This document shows positions 33,792 through 43,500 of a stretch of 64,000 nucleotides of DNA, piece by piece. Origin of the DNA: Flectonema sp. DT1601 (Eukaryota); contig OZ025793.1 of the NCBI GenBank assembly GCA_964019425.1, positions 124,001 to 188,000 on the forward strand, written 5' to 3'. Below the pieces are notes generated by a model that saw only the letters and a program-made list of their open reading frames with translations, was not told where the DNA came from and searched no databases. Positions within the stretch are counted from its first letter, which is position 1. Each line of letters starts with the position of its first letter. The position numbers and the translations under genes are program-made.

Positions 33792-36323
33792 TTAGTTTCG
33801 TCTGCGACCACTGTAGCCACTAGATCGACGTTTTTGATTTCCAGAATGTTGCTGAGCTGAGGCATCGCGAGATGGTAGTTTTGAATGTTGAGAAACACCT
33901 GGCCCGACAGGTGTCTTTGCAGTACCACAAGCCCCAGCAATCCTCCATCCAGTGCCTGTACGACGACCACGTGGAGGAGCACCCCTAGGAGGTCCTTTTC
34001 CGATAGCACTACCCCTGAGTCGGAGTGACTTTACATGTGCTAAAAGTGATGCGATTTCCATATTCGGAACCTCCGTATCATTAAAGTGTTTACCTGAAGA
34101 TACAAGATTACCACTATTAGTTACAGGAGGTACATGTGTACCATGACTTGTTCTCATACTTGGTGATAGTTGTGTTATCCACGGATGACGAAGAGCTTCG
34201 TCAGCAGTTGGTCGATTAGTTGATTTAGCCGCAAGTAGTAATCGAATGAAGTCTTTACAACTCTCAGATACGTCCATCCAAGGGAAGTCTGGAAACAAAG
34301 GTCCATCTACGATAGACGAAGCAACGTTACATAAATGCTCATTTTCGGGAAGTGATGGCCACTTTGCATCCAGTTTGAACGGATGCCTTTTCCCCCTTGT
34401 CATAACATTGTAGCAGATTACACCAGCAGCGAAAATATCAATTTTTTGATCGTAGCTGGGAGGTTCCACGTTAATATCTCTCGTCACACCAAAACCACGT
34501 GCAGTTTCAATCCATTTCTTCGACCATTTGGTACGAGGTCTCCAGCGCCAGGCTAACAGTAGCTCTGGAGCCATGTAGAGTAATGTCCCTCCTCCTACTT
34601 CACCATCCCCAATAAACTTACTGAGTCCCATATCACATAAAGCAATTGAAGGACGTGGAGCTTGAGGATCTCTTACTAAAACATTTGATACTTTCAAGTC
34701 ATGATGCATTATTCCGTGAGAGTGGAGGTACGATAAACAACTTAGAATGCTGCGCATGATGTGAGCAACGGCACGTTCTCCGATGCGGAGTGGGGATTTT
34801 GGTGACTTTAAGACGCGTTCAAGATCACCTCCTGCACTAAATTCCATTATGCATACCATGTAGTTTTCAGAGTCGTGTCCGTAAACGTAATCGTCTGACC
34901 ATTCTGGAGAGCCATATTTCGTGAAGCAGTGTCGACCTGCACGCCAGTCAACTAATTTTACCAAATTTGGGTGATCCAGACCAGCCCAAAGCTCTGTCAC
35001 GTGAGGTCTCACAGGCCTGCAGTCTGCAAGTTTTATAAACGCACCACGATCACTCGGGGCATCGAAAAATCGGACACCTCCTACAGTACCATTATGCGTA
35101 CCAACAGGGATGTCAAGTACTACCCCTGCCCAACCTTCCTCACCATATGGTGAAGCACCAATGTGGACTATGAAGCCTCCAATTGGACGCCCCTTTAACC
35201 ATTTTTCATTTCTTTTATTTGGTTTTTGAAGATCCCAATATGTTACACCATGGATCTTAGTACCGACAGTGGCGGGTGTTTTGCGAGATGAAATTACTTC
35301 ACGAACCTCATCCTTAGTGTCATGAGATACAGATAAAACCTTTGCGGCATACGTTACTCCAGTGGCTTTGTGAACTACTTCATAAACCTCTCCGAAGCCA
35401 CCTTCACCAAGTTTCTTGCCTGTGTCGTAAATATCATCGAAATCTAAGTGAGGATTATTTAGTAATGACGGCGTGACACAAGTATCTGTTCCATAACTGC
35501 AACCTGGTCGCATCCATGGTCTGACATGTTCAGCTGAGACGTTTGGAGTTAGTGTATCATCTTCATCCCATAGTATGTCAATTGATCCATCATTATGAAC
35601 AGCACTTATTGAACCAGGATGCCATTGATCTTCCCACATTGCTTCAATAGACATACCAACTGGATACCATCCATCTAGACGTACTTCTCTTGTTGGAAGA
35701 TTGTGACCTACTCCACACCTCTCAGCAACAGGTGCTAGGGCTGATACAACTCTTCGCCAGTCTGTTGTGGGGATAGTACCTCCCATGTTAAATTGATCTC
35801 GTAGTAGTTTATCACTATGACGATATGCTAAGCTGGTAATCTGTTGGACTACTGCTTTAGTATCTTCACCACTCTTAGTCCATCTTATAAGTTGATCTCC
35901 GCAGGAGAACCATCGAACTTCCCAATGGCCGCTGTAGTAGGCAACCACTTCATTCTTTTTTGACATCAAATGCTCCGATTTTATTCGCATTTCAGATAAT
36001 CCCTGAATCTGTATGACTGGTTCACCAGCATCGTGTGCTACCACTGTTCCCTTTTGTCCTGATATTGATAAGTCTGACGGGTTAAAGACAATTACTTCTC
36101 TCCCAATACCTGGAGCATCAGGTTGATATGATCGTTTTAAATCTGAGTATCTCTTAGAACCATCATCTGTATTCGCTAACTTATTATTATGATGTTTACT
36201 ACCGTTAGCTGTGTTATTCATGCTCCTTACTCTCGGGGTTGTCCCAGTCATCGAATTAGAAATAATCTCTTTTTGTCGAGGAGGGGTAGTAACATGTTTC
36301 TGACGCTCCTGACAGTTCCCCAT
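33792..36323 (-). CDS. CAMK-like Ser/Thr protein kinase with MGNC N-acylation motif, Tudor/Agenet-like domain and CAP-Gly insertion
   Basis: LGEGGFGEV, YAAK, HPNLVKL, HHDLKVSN, DMG, GTLLYMAPE, DIFAAGVI, RPTADEALRHPW. CAP-Gly GWAGVVLDIPVGTHNGTVGGVRFF. Tudor-like VGMSIEAMWEDQWHPGSI...IDILWDE. Confidence 0.92.
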   Translation of the reverse strand: MGNCQERQKHVTTPPRQKEIISNSMTGTTPRVRSMNNTANGSKHHNNKLANTDDGSKRYSDLKRSYQPDAPGIGREVIVFNPSDLSISGQKGTVVAHDAGEPVIQIQGLSEMRIKSEHLMSKKNEVVAYYSGHWEVRWFSCGDQLIRWTKSGEDTKAVVQQITSLAYRHSDKLLRDQFNMGGTIPTTDWRRVVSALAPVAERCGVGHNLPTREVRLDGWYPVGMSIEAMWEDQWHPGSISAVHNDGSIDILWDEDDTLTPNVSAEHVRPWMRPGCSYGTDTCVTPSLLNNPHLDFDDIYDTGKKLGEGGFGEVYEVVHKATGVTYAAKVLSVSHDTKDEVREVISSRKTPATVGTKIHGVTYWDLQKPNKRNEKWLKGRPIGGFIVHIGASPYGEEGWAGVVLDIPVGTHNGTVGGVRFFDAPSDRGAFIKLADCRPVRPHVTELWAGLDHPNLVKLVDWRAGRHCFTKYGSPEWSDDYVYGHDSENYMVCIMEFSAGGDLERVLKSPKSPLRIGERAVAHIMRSILSCLSYLHSHGIMHHDLKVSNVLVRDPQAPRPSIALCDMGLSKFIGDGEVGGGTLLYMAPELLLAWRWRPRTKWSKKWIETARGFGVTRDINVEPPSYDQKIDIFAAGVICYNVMTRGKRHPFKLDAKWPSLPENEHLCNVASSIVDGPLFPDFPWMDVSESCKDFIRLLLAAKSTNRPTADEALRHPWITQLSPSMRTSHGTHVPPVTNSGNLVSSGKHFNDTEVPNMEIASLLAHVKSLRLRGSAIGKGPPRGAPPRGRRTGTGWRIAGACGTAKTPVGPGVSQHSKLPSRDASAQQHSGNQKRRSSGYSGRRRN

Positions 36324-37042
36324 TTCAAGTGGTTTACTTTTATTTAAAATCAGAAATACTATTAATTATTAAATGATATTAAAAAAATGAAACAGCAACA
36401 AACTAAGGACAACCCTTAAACTTTTAATCCCTATCTTCGAGAGCAGAAGACCCCTTTTTCGCGGGAAGCACCACTCGCCCCATCTCATCTAGACAAAAAA
36501 AAAAAACGATCACCGCGCGAACGCAGATGTCATCATCGTTCCGTCCAGGAAGAGAGATTGAGAGAGAGGGAGAGTGTACTTTACCAGAGGGCAACAAACT
36601 CACAGCGTAGTGGACAAGCTCATGCTTGCGCAACGAATCGTGACAAAGAGAGGAATTACTTGGAAAAAGAAAAAAGAAAGGAGAGGATGGTGCGGGGCCG
36701 CGATGCGCATTCGGACTCCCGATAGGTGTAGTTAAAAATTAAAAACAAACAAAAAGAAATGGAAAAAGAAAACAGGGTAGTAGCACCCATTCACTTACTT
36801 TTGAACGACAACAAGCTTACTTCATTTTACAGGACGAACCGAGGAGCGAGAAAACGAAAACCACCAACCAACCAACCAAGGGGCGGCGGCATCCCAATTC
36901 TCACGCACGGATGGAATCGACTTCCTTGCTGACGAGTTCGGTCTCCGACTAGATGACTTTACGGAAAAGCAGGTGGTGGAAGGTACTAAAACAATTAAGA
37001 ATAGAGGCATATATGAGGTGATGATAAGTGTCGTGCGGTCGA

Positions 37043-37750
37043 TTACGGTGGGAATGGCAGAGTTGGTGGATGTGGAATCTGCGTGGCATCAGCGCAGTTC
37101 TTCGAACAAGAGGACTCCTGGTGTGGACCCGATGGGTCTCGTTTACCACCACCACCACCACCAACAACGATCTGCTTTGCATCGCAAACCGTGTCGGTCT
37201 CTCCTAAGTCCAACATCTTGGTAAAGACCCCGACGTACTTCCCAACCTTGGCCGGGCACACGATCTCCGTTCCGCTAAAGGTCTTGTGGTACACCAACAT
37301 CGGATGGCTTGCCCCGCTGTTCTGGAACTTCGGCCCGCAGCTGCGAACTTCCCATCCGTTGTTCACGAGACCATCGAATCCTCCGTTGATGTCCCCCGAG
37401 CAACCAGGGCAGTGGTAGGTTACGATGTAGAAGACGCATTTGGCAGCGCAGGGGCATTCCAGCTTGATCGCGTCTCCGGAGCATCCGTGCCAGATCGGGA
37501 TAGGGACTCCGGGTACCAGATCCTGCGCGAAATCGTGGTACCTGCTCTGCGGGTGATTGCGCAGGAAATCGGGCACCATAGTAAGCGGGCTGTGCGATCC
37601 CCCAACAGTCAACGATGCTGGCAAAGTGGGAAAGGTTGACACCCCTCCGACTGGCACCCCGTTAAGATACACGCTAGGGATACACGCGCTCTGGGCCCCT
37701 CCCAGCATTCCCACCAATATCATTGACAACAAGGCTGCGTGTGCTTTCAT
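37043..37750 (-). CDS. Secreted Cys-rich protein of unknown function
   Basis: Signal peptide MKAHAALLSMILVGMLGGAQSA; about 11 Cys; markedly more GC-rich than neighbouring genes. Confidence 0.7.
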   Translation of the reverse strand: MKAHAALLSMILVGMLGGAQSACIPSVYLNGVPVGGVSTFPTLPASLTVGGSHSPLTMVPDFLRNHPQSRYHDFAQDLVPGVPIPIWHGCSGDAIKLECPCAAKCVFYIVTYHCPGCSGDINGGFDGLVNNGWEVRSCGPKFQNSGASHPMLVYHKTFSGTEIVCPAKVGKYVGVFTKMLDLGETDTVCDAKQIVVGGGGGGKRDPSGPHQESSCSKNCADATQIPHPPTLPFPP

Positions 37751-38012
37751 TTTCCTCTTGGTAAATTAAACTGTTGAGAAAAAGTACGATTGTCGGACAA
37801 GGAAACGCAAAAAAACACGGGCACACACTTTCACCTTCGAGAGCAGAACCACTCTTTCGTGGGGCAATCACACACTCTATCGTCGTGAAGATAGTGCAGG
37901 GCCGATGGAAAGAATATTGTAGTCCACCACACCCTGCCAAGTCCCTGCCAAGTAAGTCCATTTACTGTTGAAGGAGGCATTAGTATAGAATAAAGGACAA
38001 AACAAGTGATTG

Positions 38013-38083
38013 GAATCTTGGAACAAAGGGAGTATCCCGACTACTGCACTGAAGTGGCAACAGCCAGGGCTGAGGAGTTCCTC
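38013..38083 (-). ncRNA. Single-hairpin H/ACA-like (AGA box) snoRNA A; further copies ~38653-38723, 39072-39142, 39695-39766, 40105-40175
   Basis: Minus strand: GGAAC-pocket-CCUGGCUGUUGC..GCAGUAGUC(A/G)GG-pocket-GUUCC-A-AGA. About 70 nt, with the 3' guide ACUCCC starting 15 nt before AGA. Confidence 0.8.
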
Positions 38084-38115
38084 CCCCTCAAAACAAGGCA
38101 GAGATTGGTTTTCAT

Positions 38116-38184
38116 GACTCTCGCAACCCTCCAACGCCTCTCAGAGATGTCTTCCCGACGAGAAGGGTTAATTAAAAGTTGCTC
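38116..38184 (-). ncRNA. Single-hairpin AGA-box snoRNA B; further copies ~38761-38830, 39175-39243, 39798-39866
   Basis: Lower stem GCAACU/GGUUGC, upper stem CUUCUC(A/G)/UGAGAGG, internal pocket, and AGA 15 nt after the upper stem. Confidence 0.72.
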
Positions 38185-38344
38185 TTTGTTTGTTTTTTCT
38201 TCTTTCCATATATTCAGGAATGATCTCCGAAGTGTTTCCCGCTGGAGAGAATACTTTCAACTCAACCCAGCAGAATTGCACTCCGTTCTACACGTGAACA
38301 GCAGTTTCTCGCAAACTCGACCAGACGAGAATCAAATAATAATA

Positions 38345-38412
38345 TGATCTTTGACAACAGAGAGAGACCTCTGCAGCACAACAACAGCTGCAGGTCCTTG
38401 GGAGCCGTCACT
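38345..38412 (-). ncRNA. Single-hairpin AGA-box snoRNA C; second copy 39404-39471
   Basis: Lower stem UGACGG/UUGUCA, upper stem GGACC-UGCAGC/GCUGCAG-AGGUCU, pocket CUCCCAA/CUCUCUG, and AGA 14 nt after the upper stem. Confidence 0.75.
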
Positions 38413-38464
38413 ACGAAAACAGGTTTCAGAGAGAGAGAGTGTGTGTGTGTTATTTGATGAAAGA

Positions 38465-38540
38465 GAATGTAGGATCACACCAAGGCACAGTAAACACATT
38501 TCAGAATAGTGTAGATGTGCTGGTTAAATGTGATTCTTAC
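38465..38540 (-). ncRNA. Candidate single-hairpin snoRNA D ending in an ACA box; second copy 39507-39582
   Basis: Lower stem AUCACAU/GUGUGAU, upper stem GCACA/UGUGC, and ACA 14 nt after the upper stem. Confidence 0.5.
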
Positions 38541-38945
38541 TTTGCTATTGCGCGGTTGATAATACTGTTGAATTGAGATCGGGCTCAGTGCAATCAGCCT
38601 GTCCAGCGCTTGCATTAGATTCCCATCACTGTGAAGTCACTTTGATATTTATCAATCTTGGAACAAAGGGAGTATCCTGACTACTGCACTGAAGTGGCAA
38701 CAGCCAGGGCTGAGGAGTTCCTCTTCTAAAACTCAAAACAAGGCAGAGATTGGTTTTCATGACTCTCGCAACCCTCCAACGCCTCTCAGAGATGTCTTCC
38801 CGATGAGAAGGGTTAATTAAAAGTTGCTCTTTTCGCTTACATTACAGATTGCTATCACAAAAGCAAGTGAGTGACTGTACGACACGCAGGCAGATGGCGA
38901 CAGAAAGCATACAAACGACTACAATGAAGTTGGGAATAACAGAGA

Positions 38946-39045
38946 GCTCAGAGAATGTCAACGCTGTGTAGAATTACGAAAGTATCCGCAACACCCTTTT
39001 CGGGATTCGGAGTCCAGTGCCCTGGTATAATTCTATCATCATAGC
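38946..39045 (-). ncRNA. Box C/D snoRNA candidate; second copy 39979-40078
   Basis: Minus strand GCU-AUGAUGA (box C)...CUGA-GC (box D) about 100 nt apart. The single-stranded segment before box D (UUGACAUUC) is complementary to the conserved LSU rRNA sequence GAAUGUCAA. Confidence 0.7.
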
Positions 39046-40539
39046 AACAGGAAGATTAAAACAAGTGATTGGAATCTTGGAACAAAGGGAGTATCCTGAC
39101 TACTGCACTGAAGTGGCAACAGCCAGGGCTGAGGAGTTCCTCCCCCTCAAAACAAGGCAGAGATTGGTTTTCATGACTCTCGCAACCCTCCAACGCCTCT
39201 CAGAGATGTCTTCCCGATGAGAAGGGTTAATTAAAAGTTGCTCTTTGTTTGTTTTTTCTTCTTTCCATATAAGCAGGAATGAACTCCGAAGTGTTTCCCG
39301 CTGGAGAGAATACTTTCAACTCAACCCAGCAGAATTGCACTCCGTTCTACACGTGAACAGCGGTTTCTCGCAAACTCGACCAGACGAGAATCAAATAATA
39401 ATATGATCTTTGACAACAGAGAGAGACCTCTGCAGCACAACAACAGCTGCAGGTCCTTGGGAGCCGTCACTACGAAAACAGGTTGTGTGTGGTATTCGAT
39501 GAAAGAGTATGTAGGATCACACCAAGGCACAGTAAACACATTTCAGAATAGTGTAGATGTGCTGGTTAAATGTGATTCTTACTTTGCTATTGCGCGGTTG
39601 ATAATACTGTTGAATTGAGATCGGGCTCAGTGCAATCAGCCTGTCCAGCGCTTGCATTAGATTCCCATCACTGTGAAGTCACTTTGATATTTATCAATCT
39701 TGGAAACAAAGGGAGTATCCTGACTACTGCACTGAAGTGGCAACAGCCAGGGCTGAGGAGTTCCTCTTCTCAAAACAAGGCAGAGATTGGTTTTCATGAC
39801 TCTCGCAACCCTCCAACGCCTCTCAGAGATGTCTTCCCGACGAGAAGGGTTAATTAAAAGTTGCTCTTTTCGCTTACATTACAAATTGCTATCACAAAAG
39901 CAAGTGAGTGTACGACACGCAGGCAGATGGCGACAGAAAGCATACAAACGACTACAATGAAGTTGGGAATAACAGAGAGCTCAGAGAATGTCAACGCTGT
40001 GTAGAATTACGAAAGTATCCGCAACACCCTTTTCGGGATTCGGAGTCCAGTGCCCTGGTATAATTCTATCATCATAGCAACAGGAAGATTAAAACAAGTA
40101 ATTGGAATCTTGGAACAAAGGGAGTATCCTGACTACTGCACTGAAGTGGCAACAGCCAGGGCTGAGGAGTTCCTCTTCTCAAAACAAGGCAGAGATTAGT
40201 GTTTACTAAATAAAAAGAATATTAAGAACTCTGACTAAAATATAAATAAACAAAATAAGAACATTTTTCAATCGAGAACAATCATAATTTATGTTATGAA
40301 GGCTGTTTAAAAAATAAATAACTCCCTCCACCTCCACTTGTTGTGACTAACGATTCAACGATGCCATTCAAGCAGTTGTGTAAATACAACAAATACGTAA
40401 CAGATATCAGTCTGTCATCAAAGACAGAGAAGATGAACCACATGACTGCAGAAGCATGTCTGAGATAGCAAGATTACAAATAGTGTTAAAAGAATAGAAA
40501 GGAAGACATGATCAGATAGTTTTCTTAATAAGAAGTCTT

Positions 40540-43500
40540 TTAGATGTCTTCTTCTTCTTCTTCTAAATCATTCTCAACAATATTACCATCTAGTGGTAAA
40601 TTAATAACATTGTCAGATATATTCTCATCACTCATCAGTGAAGGGATTCTCATAACTGATGCTTTTTGTGATCCAGAAGAAGGAGGGAGGCTGTGAAAGC
40701 TTAATGGACGAGACTGTCTCTGTCCCTGAAAACCTGCAGATGCTGGACGATGGCCGAGAATTACGGAGTTGTTGCGAGGGACTGCAGAGAGCTTGCGAGG
40801 GGAAGCAATTTCTGCTGATCGCGGTCGGAAGGCAGACTTAACATTACAATCTGGTTTAGCAATAGGTTTATATTCCCCACTAGGAGCAGACAGAACCTTA
40901 TCAGATCTCTGACGGGGATCTGGTATGACCTCTTCACTGCGAGTGTCGTGGACTAACTCTACAGAACTCTGACAGATAGACTTGGTATGAGGGCTACAGT
41001 CACTATTCACATTAGGTGGTGGGCTGTCTTGTTCTGGACTCTCATCCTCGTCACGGATAGCAGCACGTGAGAGGGATTCAGCCGAATTCTGACAGATAGA
41101 CTTGGTATGAGGGCTACAGTCACTATTCACATTGTCTTGTTCTGGACTCTCATCCTCGTCACGGATAGCAGCACGTGAGAGGGATTCAGCCGAATTCTGA
41201 CAGATAGACTTGGTATGAGGGCTACAGTCACTATTCACATTAGGTGGTGGGCTGTCTTGTTCTGGACTCTCATCCTCGTCACGGATAGCAGCACGTGAGA
41301 GGGATTCACTTGAATTCTGACTGCCAGATATTTTATTATGTTCTTCAAGTGAAATCGCTGCCTGTTGTTCTCCACCTGACACTGATGGTTGGTCTTTACT
41401 CTCAATAATCGGATCACAGGTTTCCTTTTTTTTGTGAAATTTCATTTTATACTGATTACTGTAATTAACCTTAGCCGCAACCATTGATGTCAGAGGAGCA
41501 TCAGATGATGCCAGTAATGCGTAGTCTAATGGTGACTTCTTAGAGGAGTTGAGAGTATGAGGATTAGCTCCGATACTAATTAAATACTCTGATGTGTCTG
41601 GACATTGGTGCAAACATGAAAAGTGTAACGGGGTATTCTTTCTATGGTCTAGAGCATGAACGTGACATCCCCTTACTAGAAGTGTTTCTACAACACTCTT
41701 TAAGTTTGATGCTGCAGCAAAGTGAAGAACAGTGATTCCATTATTCGCCCTGGCAGTCACGTTTAGCAATGGATTTTTAAGAAGTTCAGTGCAAACAGCT
41801 CCGAGGCTGTTCGCACAGGCGTAGTGCATGGCACCGTAACCAGATTTATCGACACAGTTTACATTACAACCATGAACCAACAATTGAATAGCCACATCAC
41901 TCATTCGATTACTTACAGCATACAGTAGTGGTGTGTACCCAGAGTGGTTTTTTAAGTCTAAAGCTGCTCCAGCATGTATTAGTGTTGCTGCACATGCTGA
42001 TTCGCCACCTGAGCAGGCTAAGTGTAGAGGTGTATTTTTTGTTGTGTCACGCGCGTTTAAATTTGCTCCTTTTGTAATTAAAGTTGTTACGAAATCATAC
42101 ATTGATTCGAAGACAGCTCTGTGAAGTGGTGTTTCCCCACCGTGATTTCTGTGATTTCTAAGTTTTGGAGATCTATTAAGAAGAACTGAAGCAATCTCAC
42201 ATTTCCTACCTTTACATGCGTAGTGAATAGTTGTGTTTCCATGTACGTCTTCAACAGCTGGTTCTGAACCGTTGGCTAATAGTAATAGGGTTAGTGATAA
42301 GCTCTTGGAAGCTGCAATGTGAAGAGGGGTCTGACCAAGTGAGTTTATCGGATCGCTTGAGATTCCAGACAATAGTAGTCTGGCTGCTACTCTTTCTAAT
42401 ATGTTTATACAAGTATAATGTAATGGAGTACAATGCGTAGTCATATCTGAAGTAGCTAAATCAACACCAGTGTGACACGACAATAACAATGCCACGTCTT
42501 GATGACCTCTCTTACAAGCTTCAAGAAAACGAAGTGTATTATCACTTTCTGCGATTCCATACATATTTGATAGAGCTCCATGACGAACAAGCACACCTTC
42601 AATATCAGACATGCAATTATAAGTCGCGTATTGCAAGGGAGTGTTCCCTAAGTTGTCTTGTATCTGAACTAAGATAGTTGAAACGTTTAATAAAATATTA
42701 GCTCCATCAACATCTCCTCTAAGACAGCATATGTGTAAGGGTGTTCTACCATTGTTATCTATTTTATTTATTTCAGTATCAGCGCCAAGTGATATCAGTT
42801 GTGAGATAATTAAATGATGACCTGCTTTAGCTGCCCAGTGAAGAGGTGTTTGTTGATGAACGGGATCTGCTAAGGAAACAGACGCATTAAAATCCGTAAC
42901 TAACCTCTTTACTAATGACGATGAGCCAGATGTTGCTGCTGCTCTAAGCCAACGATCAATCATGTGTTGAGTTAAGTGTTGTTTGCAATTTTTTGTTAGC
43001 ATTCGAAAATGAGCTTCTCTTCCCTTCACAACCGCCGATGTTATTTCTTTAAATTTCGAAGTCGACCATTCAGCTGTCGGAACAACTGTTGGAACTCCAT
43101 TCCCACGAAGATAATCAAAACCTTGAAGGACATGTTGTTCTCCTTTCTCAGCATCTAATAACATTGAAGGAGGTAGTTGTGGTCCTAAAACAGCTGTTGG
43201 TGACTTAGAATGAGATTCTTGTGGAGATGATGGAAAGGTTAAATGTTGAAGCATCTGCGGAGTTACGACACGTTTTTGTTCATCTTCTCCTTCAATACAA
43301 TCGACTGATAAAAGAGATTCAATTACTGGAGATCCCAACGACGTGCTATTCGCAGCGCGGATCTCTGCTAGTCTCTTTTGTCTCTTTTTCCTGGTTGTTG
43401 GATCTGCTGTGTCTTCTGTGGTTGCTACTTCACTTTGATCGATAGTTGGAATCGTTTCATTTAAAAATGAATCCTCCGTGTGAGGAACAGTTTGGTTTAA

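Larger units (their letters stand above)
38001..40197 (-). repeat. Tandem repeat, ~1.05 kb unit x2 plus a partial third copy, with an internal ~170-bp sub-repeat; snoRNA cluster
   Basis: Units start at about 38001, 39060 and 40093 (ACAAGT(G/A)ATTGGAATCTTGGAACAAAGGGAG). The sub-repeat recurs at about 38654 and 39696. No credible ORF. Confidence 0.95.

Noticed and set aside
38969..39035. Plus-strand three-way junction with CGAAA and GTC resembling a hammerhead ribozyme
   Set aside because: It lacks the CUGANGA core (CTGGTATA instead) and the GAAAC/GUC pairing; a minus-strand C/D RNA explains it better.
38001..40197. CRISPR array or coding repeat interpretation
   Set aside because: Units are long with no unique spacers, no cas genes are present, the context is eukaryotic, and the short ORFs are not frame-conserved between copies.
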